From Planctomycetota bacterium (lineage in GTDB: Bacteria > Planctomycetota > PLA2 > JAEUHO01): 64,000 nt of DNA. The DNA is taken from the NCBI GenBank assembly GCA_046350655.1, contig JAXMAB010000004.1, positions 25,343-89,342 of the forward strand. The letters run 5' to 3'. The notes beneath the pieces are model-generated. The model was given only the letters and a program-made list of their open reading frames with translations, was not told the DNA's origin and did no database searches. Both the position numbers and the translations under genes were made by a program. Each line of letters starts with the position of its first letter. Position 1 is the stretch's first letter. This document shows, one piece after another, positions 10,117 through 19,405 of this stretch.

Positions 10117-10593
10117 ATGTTGCGTCTCCGCCGCGCCACCCTCTCCGATGCCGCGACGCTCGAGTCGTTGCGCCGGTTCGTGCACGAGCCACACGTCGCG
10201 GCCGAGCCGCACGTGTACGCCGCGATCGACGACGCGGCCGGGCTCGCCGCCATGCGCGAGCGGCTCGCGGGGCCGGGCCTCGTCGCGATCGTCGCCGAGC
10301 ACGACGGCGCGGCGGCTGGGTACCTCCTGGCGCAGGAGGTCCGCCGCGCGGCCACGCCGCTCACCGCGGCGCGGTCGTACCTCATCGTGGACGAGCTCGC
10401 GGTCGCGGCGTCGGCGCGCCGCCTGGGCGTGGGGCGCGCGCTGATGGCCGAGGCCGAGGCCGTCGCGACGGAGCTCGGGTTGGCCCGCATCGAGCTCGAC
10501 GTCCGTGCGTGGAACGAGGGCGCGGCGCGGTTCTACGCCGCGCTCGGCTACGCGCCGTTCTCGGCGCGACTCGGGCGCGACCTCGGGCGCTGA
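10117..10593 (+). CDS. GNAT-family N-acetyltransferase.
   Basis: ATG at 10117. Acetyl-CoA-binding-like RRLGVGRALMAEAE and the C-terminal GNAT fold pattern. Confidence 0.65.
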   Translation: MLRLRRATLSDAATLESLRRFVHEPHVAAEPHVYAAIDDAAGLAAMRERLAGPGLVAIVAEHDGAAAGYLLAQEVRRAATPLTAARSYLIVDELAVAASARRLGVGRALMAEAEAVATELGLARIELDVRAWNEGAARFYAALGYAPFSARLGRDLGR

Positions 10594-10609
10594 CCGACCG
10601 TCGAGGTCG

Positions 10610-11407
10610 TCAGCCGAGGCGGATCCCCGGCCCGAGGACGCCGATGAAGACGGCGGCGGCGACGGCCGCCGCGACGATCCACGGGACCGAGCGGGAGATC
10701 GTCTCCTTCGGCGCCGTCGAGTCGAAGGAGGGGTCGCCGAGCATGCTGGGGCCCCAGACCAGGCCGGACGTGCCGCCGAGCGACGCCGCCGCGCCCGACA
10801 CGACGAGGAGGAACGTGCCGAGGGGGTTGAGGAGCCCGGAGAGGCCGTACAGGAGCGCGCCGGTCACGTACGCCGGGATCGTGAGCCGGAACCCGTCGCG
10901 CGAGCGCGACGCGCCGAGGAACGGCACGAGGCCGCGCATCGCGTGGGTCACGACCCACAGGTAGAGGCCCGCGCCGACGGCCGCCATGCCCCAGCGGAAG
11001 ACCGCGTGCGGGGTCCAGCCGTGGATCACGACCGCCCAGTCGCCGAAGTCGGTGAGGCCCGAGAAGATCAGGTACCCGGTGGCCTGGAGCAGGCTCACGG
11101 TCGCGAACGTCCACCAGAAGAAGCGCGCGACGCCGTGGGCGCGGCGCTCGCGCCACGACGCGAACGCGCCCGCGAGCGCGTTCACGACCGAGCCGCCCGC
11201 GGCGATCGCCTTCACCGCGGCGTCGGAGAGGTCCGACGCGACGCCCTGGTAGTGGAGCGACGACAGCACCTGCGGCTTCCCGCCGACGAGCAGCGCGACG
11301 CCACCGTGCCCGAGGCCCTCGTGCAGCACGTTGTCGAGGGCGTAGGCCACGGTGGCGACGGCGACGACGGTGAGCAGGTCGTGGCGGGCGGGGCCGGTGT
11401 CGGGCAT
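10610..11407 (-). CDS. Integral membrane protein (about 6 TM) carrying an HEGLGH motif. Possibly a membrane metallo-hydrolase.
   Basis: ATG at 11407..11405 (MPDTGPARHDLLTVVAVATVAYAL...). Multiple hydrophobic segments. Confidence 0.5.
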   Translation of the reverse strand: MPDTGPARHDLLTVVAVATVAYALDNVLHEGLGHGGVALLVGGKPQVLSSLHYQGVASDLSDAAVKAIAAGGSVVNALAGAFASWRERRAHGVARFFWWTFATVSLLQATGYLIFSGLTDFGDWAVVIHGWTPHAVFRWGMAAVGAGLYLWVVTHAMRGLVPFLGASRSRDGFRLTIPAYVTGALLYGLSGLLNPLGTFLLVVSGAAASLGGTSGLVWGPSMLGDPSFDSTAPKETISRSVPWIVAAAVAAAVFIGVLGPGIRLG

Positions 11408-11563
11408 GGGGGAATCGTACGGGATGGGGCATCGGCCCTCGCGGGCGCCCTCCCCGGCGCGAGGCGGCCGGCGCGGCACGCTCGGAGGGCGCCGGGCCTC
11501 GCGTGCCGGAGGGGGGATCGGACCCGATCGCCGAGGGAGGGGACGATCGGATACGCTCAGGGG

Positions 11564-12859
11564 ATGCGTGGGACGTGCCTCTTCGTGCTGACGTTGTTCG
11601 CGGGCGGCACGGTCGTGCACGCCGATCCGGGCGAGCTCGACCGTCGTCTCCAGGCCGGCGAGGTCCCGAACGCGCTGCGGAAGAAGGTGCAGCCCTGCGT
11701 GGACCGCGCGGTCGCCTTCCTCGTGGCGCGGCAGGCGAAGGACGGCTCGTTCGAGGAGCACGGCCCGCAGGAGACACCGGCGGCCCGGACGACCGTCACG
11801 TTGTGGGCGGCGCTCGCCCTCCGGCACGCGGGGACGCGCCCCGCGCTGGCCGCGTGCGACCGTGCCGCGGCCTGGCTGTTCGACGGTGGCGCGGCGCGGC
11901 GCGCGGAACTTGAGTCACGCACCGCGGACCTCGGGCTCGCGTTGATGCTCCTCCTGGGTCTTCCGGAGCGACGCGCGCTCGTCCAGCCGCTCGCGACACG
12001 GTTGGTGGAGGCCATCGACCCCGTGACCGGGTTCTGGACGACTCGGACCGCCGCCGCGAAGGACGAGCGGGGCTCGCTCGCAGCGTCCCAGCTCGCGATC
12101 GACGGGCTCGTCGCGGCGCGGGCCGCAGGCGCGACGGTCCCCACGTCGGTCTGGCGCTCGCATGCCCGCGGACTGTTGGCGTCGCGGGACGCCCGCTCGC
12201 GCGCCTGGCCCCTCGTGCTCGGGGCGGCGGCCGCGACCGACGGCACGCTCTTCGCGATCGGGAGCCTCGGCGCGCTGGCCGGGCTTCCGACCGCTCCCGA
12301 AGGTGCCGACGGGATCTCCGAGGTGGACATGTCCCGCGTCCTCCGGGATGCCCACACCGCGATCGGCCGGGATGCCGGACGGGCCCTCGAGAACCCGCTG
12401 GCCCGGTTCTCCGTGATCGACGAGGAGGACGCCCTCGTCATGCCGCAGGGGAAGCCTCCCTTCGGCGTCATCGGCAAGGAGGACGGGACCGAGCGGCAGC
12501 TGTTCGTGGGCGAAGGCGCCTATGTCCGCCTGTTCGCGGTGGTCCGCATGAGCCTCTTCGCGGGTCTCCCCACGGTGGACGCGTACCCGAAGGGCAAGCA
12601 CATCGCGGGGCCCGGTGAGCGGAAGCCGACGCCCGTGCCGTGTTACGCGAGCGCGGCGGGATGGCTGCTCGAGCGCCAGCGACGCGACGGGGGCTTCGCG
12701 TCGGAGGCGAACGACCCGAAGGCCCAGCGGAGCGAGACCGACACCGCCTTGGCGTTGCTGACGCTCACTCGTGCCTTGTCGGCCTACGATCCCGTCACGC
12801 CGGCGCCGATGGACGCGATCCCGCGCCCGGCGCCTCCGCCCGCCGCCGGACCGAAGTAG
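11564..12859 (+). CDS. Secreted protein with prenyltransferase/squalene-oxidase-like (alpha-alpha toroid) repeats.
   Basis: ATG at 11564. Signal MRGTCLFVLTLFAGGTVVHA. Repeated (A)RQAKDGSF / QRRDGGF motifs. Confidence 0.55.
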   Translation: MRGTCLFVLTLFAGGTVVHADPGELDRRLQAGEVPNALRKKVQPCVDRAVAFLVARQAKDGSFEEHGPQETPAARTTVTLWAALALRHAGTRPALAACDRAAAWLFDGGAARRAELESRTADLGLALMLLLGLPERRALVQPLATRLVEAIDPVTGFWTTRTAAAKDERGSLAASQLAIDGLVAARAAGATVPTSVWRSHARGLLASRDARSRAWPLVLGAAAATDGTLFAIGSLGALAGLPTAPEGADGISEVDMSRVLRDAHTAIGRDAGRALENPLARFSVIDEEDALVMPQGKPPFGVIGKEDGTERQLFVGEGAYVRLFAVVRMSLFAGLPTVDAYPKGKHIAGPGERKPTPVPCYASAAGWLLERQRRDGGFASEANDPKAQRSETDTALALLTLTRALSAYDPVTPAPMDAIPRPAPPPAAGPK

Positions 12860-12899
12860 CGCACGGCCGCGCGCCGGCCCGTCGGTGGCGCGTCCGGTG

Positions 12900-13682
12900 T
12901 CACGCGCTCCGGGCCGTGTCCGGCGGCGGGGGGCTACGGAGCCGGACGGAGACCGAGGACCCGTACGGGAGGAAGCCGAGGCGGCGCGCGATGGCCATCG
13001 ACGGCGCGTTCGACGTCAGCGTGCGGTATTGGGGGAGCAACCCGGCCGCGATCGCGTGCCGCGCGGCGCACGCGATCGCCGCGGTCGCGAACCCGTGGCC
13101 GCGTGCGTCCGGCGCAGTGACGATCGAGAGGTGGGCGATCTCCCCGCCCCAGACCCGATAGCCGGCCAAGGCACGGATCTCGCCGTGCTCCGACCGCACG
13201 CCGAACGTGGGCACCACGCCGACCTCGCTCCCGCCGTGCGCCCACGCCTCGTCGCCGCAGGCCGTGCGCAGTCGGGTTACCGCGGGCAGGTCCGCGGCCG
13301 AGACGGCGCAGGCGGTCTCCGACGTCCGCAGGTCCAGTGTCGAAGAGGTGCCGTACCCGATGAACGCGGGCCCGACGACCCGCTCGACCTCGAACGGGAG
13401 GAACCGCTCCGCCAGGGCGTCCGGACTCGACACCGTCGAGAGGGTCCACCTGCGCGCGTGCGCACCGATCGCGGCGTGGACGTGCGAGGGGAGGGACACG
13501 AGCGGCGCGGGTCCGACGCAGAGGATCCACGCGTTGGGCGCGCCGGCGAGCGTGCCCGCGTGTGACTGCACGTGGGTCGTCGGGGGTCGCAGCGCGGTCG
13601 CGGCGCAGCCGAAGTCCCGCGCCCACCATCGGTCCGCAACGTCGAGGACCCGGGGATCGAGGACGGGCGGCGTGGACGGCAC
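12900..13682 (-). CDS. GNAT-family acetyltransferase (C-terminal GNAT domain).
   Basis: IAHLSIVTAPDARGHGFATAAI...AIAAGLLPQYRT motif. Confidence 0.55.
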   Translation of the reverse strand: MPSTPPVLDPRVLDVADRWWARDFGCAATALRPPTTHVQSHAGTLAGAPNAWILCVGPAPLVSLPSHVHAAIGAHARRWTLSTVSSPDALAERFLPFEVERVVGPAFIGYGTSSTLDLRTSETACAVSAADLPAVTRLRTACGDEAWAHGGSEVGVVPTFGVRSEHGEIRALAGYRVWGGEIAHLSIVTAPDARGHGFATAAIACAARHAIAAGLLPQYRTLTSNAPSMAIARRLGFLPYGSSVSVRLRSPPPPDTARSA

Positions 13683-13847
13683 GCGCCCAGCGTGCCATGG
13701 GTCGCCGCCGCGGCGCGTGGGGGACCGGGTGGGCGGGGTCCGGCTGCGGGGCTCCGCGAGCCGGCCCTGTCCGCGCGCGCGGGGATTCGGGAGTCAAGGG
13801 GGGAGCCGGACGGGTGTCCGGCGCAGACAGCCCCCCCGGAGAGTCCC

Positions 13848-14759
13848 ATGCGTCACGCGTACAGCTATGCCACCGCCCTCGCCTCGTCGGAGAAGATCCG
13901 CTGGCGCGTCGAGGACGTCATCGGCGGCGAGAAGCGCCTCGACTTCTCGATGCCGTTCCTCCCCGAGTCGCTCGCGCGGGTCGAGCCCCTCACGTTCCTG
14001 AGCCCCGCCGAGCAGACCGCCCTCAACCAGATCCGCGCCCACGAGTACCTCTCGATGTTCGGGATCGTGGAGGAGTTCATCGTCCCGTTCGTGCTCGACC
14101 ACGTGCGGCCGCACCTCTCGGGCGACGACGCGCGCGTCCGCGCGCTGCTCCAGTTCGCCGGCGAGGAGGCCAAGCACATCGACATGTTCAAGCGGTTCCG
14201 CGCGGAGTTCGACCGCGGCTTCGGCACGCCGTGCGCGGTCATCGGGCCGGCGGACGCGATCGGCAAGGAGGTCCTCTCGCACGACCCGCTCGCGGTCGCC
14301 CTCGCGATCCTGCAGATCGAGTGGATGACCCAGCGGCACTTCGAGGAGTCGGTCCGCGACGACCGCGGGCTCGACCCGCAGTTCGCGAGCCTGCTGCGGC
14401 ACCACTGGACCGAGGAGGCGCAGCACGCCAAGCTCGACACCCTGATGGTCGAGGCGCTCGCGGCCGGCCGCTCCCCCGACCGCATCCTGTCGGCCGTCGA
14501 GGAGTACCTCGCGATCGGCGCGTTCGTCGACCAGGGGCTCGCGTCGCAGCTCGAGCTCAACCTCGCGAGCCTCGAGGCGGCGACGCGCCGCACGCTCACG
14601 CCGGCCGAGCGCGAGTCGTACCGGACGCACCAGCGCCGGGCGGCCCGCTGGACCTACCTCGGCTCCGGCATGACGCACCCGCGGTTCGTCGAGACGCTCG
14701 TGGCCCTCGACCCGCGCGCCGCCCGGCGCGTGGCCGACGTGGCCCCCGCGTTCTGCTGA
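13848..14759 (+). CDS. AurF-like diiron oxygenase (ferritin-like / p-aminobenzoate N-oxygenase family).
   Basis: ATG at 13848. Paired carboxylate/His motifs EEAKHIDMF and TEEAQHAKL. Confidence 0.6.
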   Translation: MRHAYSYATALASSEKIRWRVEDVIGGEKRLDFSMPFLPESLARVEPLTFLSPAEQTALNQIRAHEYLSMFGIVEEFIVPFVLDHVRPHLSGDDARVRALLQFAGEEAKHIDMFKRFRAEFDRGFGTPCAVIGPADAIGKEVLSHDPLAVALAILQIEWMTQRHFEESVRDDRGLDPQFASLLRHHWTEEAQHAKLDTLMVEALAAGRSPDRILSAVEEYLAIGAFVDQGLASQLELNLASLEAATRRTLTPAERESYRTHQRRAARWTYLGSGMTHPRFVETLVALDPRAARRVADVAPAFC

Positions 14760-14802
14760 CCCGCACCACGGCACGGGCCTCGCGGTCCCGGCGGGTCGTC
14801 GG

Positions 14803-17800
14803 CTAGGAACCGACGATCCGCCGCACGAGCGGCACGTCGCGCGCGGCCCGCGCGCGGTCCGCCGGTTCCGCCGTCGCGAGCATCCGCTCGAGACGGTCGC
14901 GGGCGCGCTCGGCGACGAGCGCGCCGCCTCCGCGCGCCGCGAGCAGGCTCGCGATGCGCAGGCCCTGGAACGCCGGCAGCACGTGTGCCTGCGCCTCCAA
15001 CGCGATGCGGACCGGGGCCGCGTCGCCGCCGCGCACGATCGCGACCAGCGCCTGCGCGGCCGCGACCGTCCCGGGCACTCCGGCCGTCGTCGCCTGCCGC
15101 AAGGCCCCCTCGAGCGGCGCGAGGGCCTCCGTGTCGCGGTGCGCCTCGGCGAGGAGGAGCCCGAGGCGGAGCGAGGCCTGGAGCGTCTCCGCGCCGAAGG
15201 CCCCCTCGGCCGCGTGGGCGAGCGCCTCGCGCAGCAGGCCCTCGGCGCCGTCCGACCGGCCCTCGGCCTCCTCGATCTCGGCCCGCAGCAGCGCGAGGCG
15301 CGCCCGCTCGAGGGCGCCCGACGCCGGGAAGCGCGCCTCGCGCCGCGCGAGGGCGCCGCGCGCGGCCTCGAAGTCCCCGAGCCACGCCGCGGGCCCCGCG
15401 AGCTCCGCGAGGGCGACCGGCGTGCTCGCGACCGAGGGTTCGGCCTCGGCGCGCCGGACCGCGTCCCGGAGGTCCGCCATCGCGGGACCGACGTCGCCGG
15501 CCTCGAACCGGAGCCGGCCGCGGGCGGCGAGCGCCCGCGCGTGGAGGTTGCCGTACCCCGTCCGCGCGGCGAGGGCTTCCGCGGCGGCGGTGGCGGCGAG
15601 GGCCGCGTCCCGGTCGCCCGCGACCGCATGCGCGGCGGCGAGGCCGCCGAGCACGACCGTCTCCATCCGCGAGTAGCCGAGCTCGCGCGCGATCGAGAGG
15701 ACGTCGGTCATCGTGCGCACGGCGTCGGCGGGCGCCGGCTCGAGCATCGCCACCCGCGCGAGGCCCATCAGCGCCGTCGCCTCCAGCAGGCGATGGCCGT
15801 GCAGGCGCACCGTCGCGATCGCGAGCTCGAGGTGTCCGCGCGCGTCGCCGGCGCGTCCGAGCTGCGCCTCGATCTCCCCCAGCTGGATCGCGACGTGGGC
15901 GACCGTCAGCGCGTCGCGGGCCTCGCGTGCGAGCGCCAGGGCGTCGATCGCGCGCTCGCGGGCCTCCTCCCGGCGGCCGACGAGCGTCAGCGTCTGCGCG
16001 TGGCTCCCGAGGACCGCGGACCGGAGCGCCGGGTCGCCCGTCCGCGAGGCACGCTCGAGGGCGGACGCCTCCAGCGCCAGCGCGCCGGCGGGGTCGTGTC
16101 CGCGACACAGCGCGGCGAGATGGAAGAGGGCGCGGGCCTCCTTGTCGGGGTCGTCGGCCTCCACGGCCAGCCGCCGCGCGTCCTCGAGCTGCTCGCGCGC
16201 GGCGTCGGGGCGGCCGTGCGTCAGGCGACCGAAGGCCAGGATGAGGCTCGCGTGGGCGCGGACCACGACCGGGAGCGACGGCCCGACCGCGAGCGCGCGC
16301 TCGGCGGTCTCGGCGGCGCGGCGGTACTCGAGCGCCCCGTGCTGGTGGTCGAGGGCCGCCACCAGGTACGGCGCGGCGCGCGCGGGGTCCTCGCCCAGCA
16401 GGAAGTGGTGCGCGAGGCGCTGCGCGACCGCGCCCGTCGTCGGCCGTCCCCGCGTCGCGGCCTCGAGGGCCTGTCCGAGCGCGCCGTGGTACGCGCGGCG
16501 CAGCGCGGGGGGCAGCGCCTCGCGGACCGTCTCCTCGACGAGATGGTGCTGGAACCGGTAGCGGTCGCCCTCGGGGACGAGGAGCCCGTGGCGCCGGTCG
16601 AGGTCGTGGATCGTCTGCAGGCCCTCGAGGTGGCGCACGCCGAGCGTGTCGCACAGGAGCACGGGGTCGAACCCGTCGCCCGCGCAGGCGGCGAGGTCGA
16701 GGAAGCGGCGTTCGTCGGGCCCGAGGGCCGACAGCCGCGCCTCGAGGATCGACCGTAGCGACGCGGGCAGCGCCTCGGGGCCGCCCCGACCGACGTCGTG
16801 TCCCCGGGCGCGCGCGCGCGCGAGCTCGAGCAGGAAGAGCGGATGGCCGTCGGAGCGGCGCACGAGGTCGCGGACCTCCTCCGACGACGTGCCCGCCGGG
16901 AGGAGCGACCGCGCCAGGTCGCCCGCGGCCTCGGTGTCGAGACCGGCGAGCACGATCCGACGGACCGCGAGGCCCGCGGGCCATCGCCCGTCGGGCCGCG
17001 TGCCGAGCACGAGCAGCAGCCGGTTCCCCCGCAGCTGCTCGGCGATACGCGCGAGGGCGTCACGGTCGTCGGGGGACGCGGCGTGGAGGTCGTCCACGAC
17101 GAGCAGGAGCGGGCGCTCCTCGGAGAGCGCCCGCAGCACCGCCGCGTACGCCGCGGTCAGCGCGTGCGCGTCCGCGCTGCCGGCGGGCGCGCCCGCGAGG
17201 TGGCGCGCCACGATCTCGGCCTGCACCTCGCGGCCCGGGAGCCGTCGCGCGAGCGCGCCGGCGACGTCGCCGTCGTCGAGCGCCGCGCGGAGCGCGTCGG
17301 CGATCGACCACGACGCGAGCGGCGCCTCGGCCCACAGGACGCGCGCCTCCGGCGTCGCCTCGACGAGACGGTCGGCGAACGCGTCGAGCAGCCGCGTCTT
17401 GCCGAGCCCCGCCTCGCCCTCGACGACGACCGTGCCGCCCGCTCCCTGCCGCGCCGCGTCCCACGCCTCCCCGAGCGTCGCCAGCTCGGCCCCGCGGCCG
17501 TGGAACGGGCCCGAGGAGCGCGGGGAGCGCGCGCGCGGCGCGGCACCGCCGGTCCGCCGCCACCAGGCCGACCGTTCGCCCTCGCGCAGGGCCTCGGCGG
17601 TCTCGGCCGCGGACGCGGGCCGGGCCTCGCGGTCCCGGGAGAGGAGGCTGCGCACCAACGCGTCGAGCAGCGGCGACACGTGCGGCGCGAACCCGCGCAG
17701 CGACGGCGCGGGCCGCCCGGCCGCGGCGCCGAGCGGGCGCACCTCGCCGGGCCGCGCGACCGGATGGCGGCCGGCGACGAGCTCGAAGAGGAGGAGGCCC

Positions 17801-18600
17801 AGCGCGTAGAGGTCGGCCCGCGCGTCCACCGGGCCGTGCTCGAGCTGCTCGGGCGCGGCGTAGAGGAGCGACCCGACGAACTCGCCGGGCTGCGTGATCC
17901 GGTCGGCCTCGTCGCGGAGGAGCGCGACGCCGAGGTCGGCGAGCTTCACGGTCTCGTCGTCGAGCAGGAAGACGTTCTCGGGCTTCACGTCGCGGTGGAC
18001 GATGCCCGCGGCGTGGATCGCCGCGAGCGCCTCCGCGACGGCGGCCCCGACCTCGCGCGCGAGCCGTTCGGAGACGGTGCCGACCTCGTCGAGGAGCGCG
18101 CGAAGCGTGCCCGCCTCGACGTGCTCGAGCACGAGGTACGGGACCTCGACGCCGCCGTCGTCGTGGACGCCCGAGCCGAGGGTGCGCACGACGCCCGCGT
18201 GGCGGACCGCGCCGCCCGCGCGGGCCTCGCGGAGGAACCGCGCGACGAACCCCGCGCGGCCGACGAGGTGGGCGTGGGGGACCTTGACCGCGACGCGCGC
18301 GCCGTCGGGGGCCTCGGCCTCGAAGACGCGGCCCATGCCGCCGCGACCGAGCTCGCGCACGACGCGGTAGGGACCGATCGTCGCGGGGTGCGCGGGCCGG
18401 GTCGGCGACGCCGACGGCGGGCGGGGCTTCAGCGACTCCATCAGCACGAGCGCGGGCAGGAGCTCGCGGAGGTCCTGCGCGAGCGCGGGGTGCGCGCGCT
18501 CGTACGCCGCGACGTCGGGGGCCTCGCCGCGACGCAGGCGGCCGAGGAACTCCTCGACGACCGCGTCGAGGGCGGTGGTGGGATCGTCGGCCGCGCTCAC
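14803..18600 (-). CDS. Ser/Thr protein kinase fused to a STAND/AAA+ ATPase (GEAGLGKTRLL) and a long TPR-like C-terminal region (about 1265 aa).
   Basis: Kinase motifs GRGGMGRVFEA, AVKV, HRDVKPENVFL, DLGVA. GTG start at 18600..18598 overlaps the sigma-factor stop codon. Confidence 0.75.
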   Translation of the reverse strand: MSAADDPTTALDAVVEEFLGRLRRGEAPDVAAYERAHPALAQDLRELLPALVLMESLKPRPPSASPTRPAHPATIGPYRVVRELGRGGMGRVFEAEAPDGARVAVKVPHAHLVGRAGFVARFLREARAGGAVRHAGVVRTLGSGVHDDGGVEVPYLVLEHVEAGTLRALLDEVGTVSERLAREVGAAVAEALAAIHAAGIVHRDVKPENVFLLDDETVKLADLGVALLRDEADRITQPGEFVGSLLYAAPEQLEHGPVDARADLYALGLLLFELVAGRHPVARPGEVRPLGAAAGRPAPSLRGFAPHVSPLLDALVRSLLSRDREARPASAAETAEALREGERSAWWRRTGGAAPRARSPRSSGPFHGRGAELATLGEAWDAARQGAGGTVVVEGEAGLGKTRLLDAFADRLVEATPEARVLWAEAPLASWSIADALRAALDDGDVAGALARRLPGREVQAEIVARHLAGAPAGSADAHALTAAYAAVLRALSEERPLLLVVDDLHAASPDDRDALARIAEQLRGNRLLLVLGTRPDGRWPAGLAVRRIVLAGLDTEAAGDLARSLLPAGTSSEEVRDLVRRSDGHPLFLLELARARARGHDVGRGGPEALPASLRSILEARLSALGPDERRFLDLAACAGDGFDPVLLCDTLGVRHLEGLQTIHDLDRRHGLLVPEGDRYRFQHHLVEETVREALPPALRRAYHGALGQALEAATRGRPTTGAVAQRLAHHFLLGEDPARAAPYLVAALDHQHGALEYRRAAETAERALAVGPSLPVVVRAHASLILAFGRLTHGRPDAAREQLEDARRLAVEADDPDKEARALFHLAALCRGHDPAGALALEASALERASRTGDPALRSAVLGSHAQTLTLVGRREEARERAIDALALAREARDALTVAHVAIQLGEIEAQLGRAGDARGHLELAIATVRLHGHRLLEATALMGLARVAMLEPAPADAVRTMTDVLSIARELGYSRMETVVLGGLAAAHAVAGDRDAALAATAAAEALAARTGYGNLHARALAARGRLRFEAGDVGPAMADLRDAVRRAEAEPSVASTPVALAELAGPAAWLGDFEAARGALARREARFPASGALERARLALLRAEIEEAEGRSDGAEGLLREALAHAAEGAFGAETLQASLRLGLLLAEAHRDTEALAPLEGALRQATTAGVPGTVAAAQALVAIVRGGDAAPVRIALEAQAHVLPAFQGLRIASLLAARGGGALVAERARDRLERMLATAEPADRARAARDVPLVRRIVGS

Positions 18601-19262
18601 GTCGGGAGGGGCCCGGTCCCGCCGACGTCGCGCACGTACGCGGCCTTGAGGCGCGCGAGCGCGCGCAGGTACCGCTTGCTGGCCGCGTCCGGCTCGATGC
18701 CGAGCGTGCGGGCGACCTCCGCGTTCGACAGCTCCTCGAAGTGGCGGAGCGCGAGCACCTCGCGGTCGGTCGCGTCCATCCCGTCGAGCACCGCGACGAG
18801 CCGCTGCCGGAGCTCGCCGGCCGCGGCCACGCCGCTCGGGCTCGGCCCGGTCGCGACGAGCCGGTCCACGATCGCGGCCGTCGTCGCCTCGGGCCCGACG
18901 GCGGCGTCGGCGACCTGGCGACGGGCGTCGCGCTTCTGGGCCTCCACGTGGAACCGCCGCAGCTTCAGCAGGCGCTGCGCGGCGAGGAACCGGACCCAGA
19001 GGTAGAAGGTCATGTCCGGCGCGCGGACCCAGTCGTCGACGCGCTGCTGCACCTCGAGCCACGTCTCCTGGAGGACGTCCGACGCGCCGATCCGGGCGCG
19101 GAGCACGGGGTCCATGCGCGCGTCGAGCATGCGGGCGAGCCGCGGGCGGCACGCCTCGAACAGCGCCGCGAGCCGGGCCTCGCGGTCGGGGCCCGCGTCC
19201 CGGAGCAGTGCGGCTTCGTCGGGTGCGCCGTCGCCCATCCCGGGAGTGTAGCGCTCCCGCAC
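18597..19262 (-). CDS. ECF (sigma-70 family) RNA polymerase sigma factor.
   Basis: Region-2 and region-4 like motifs (DVLQETWLEV..., LALRHFEELSNAEVARTLGI). Stop TGA at 18599..18597 overlaps the kinase GTG start as GTGA. Confidence 0.75.
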   Translation of the reverse strand: MRERYTPGMGDGAPDEAALLRDAGPDREARLAALFEACRPRLARMLDARMDPVLRARIGASDVLQETWLEVQQRVDDWVRAPDMTFYLWVRFLAAQRLLKLRRFHVEAQKRDARRQVADAAVGPEATTAAIVDRLVATGPSPSGVAAAGELRQRLVAVLDGMDATDREVLALRHFEELSNAEVARTLGIEPDAASKRYLRALARLKAAYVRDVGGTGPLPT

Positions 19263-19405
19263 CGCCGACGGGGGCCGGGCAACGACCCGCGGGGGGCCGG
19301 GGCGGGCGTCGCCGGAATCCGTGTCCGCGGACGCCCGCGCCCGGGAGTCAGGGGGGTGGGCCCGAGCAGTCGGGCCTCGCGTACCCCTCGATCCCGGAGT
19401 CCTCC

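Noticed and set aside
14654-19152. Plus-strand and alternative-frame ORFs overlapping the Ser/Thr kinase gene (e.g. 14983..16758, 16798..19005, 14654..16984).
   Set aside because: Their composition is junk-like (R/G/P/A-rich). The kinase frame has canonical catalytic motifs.
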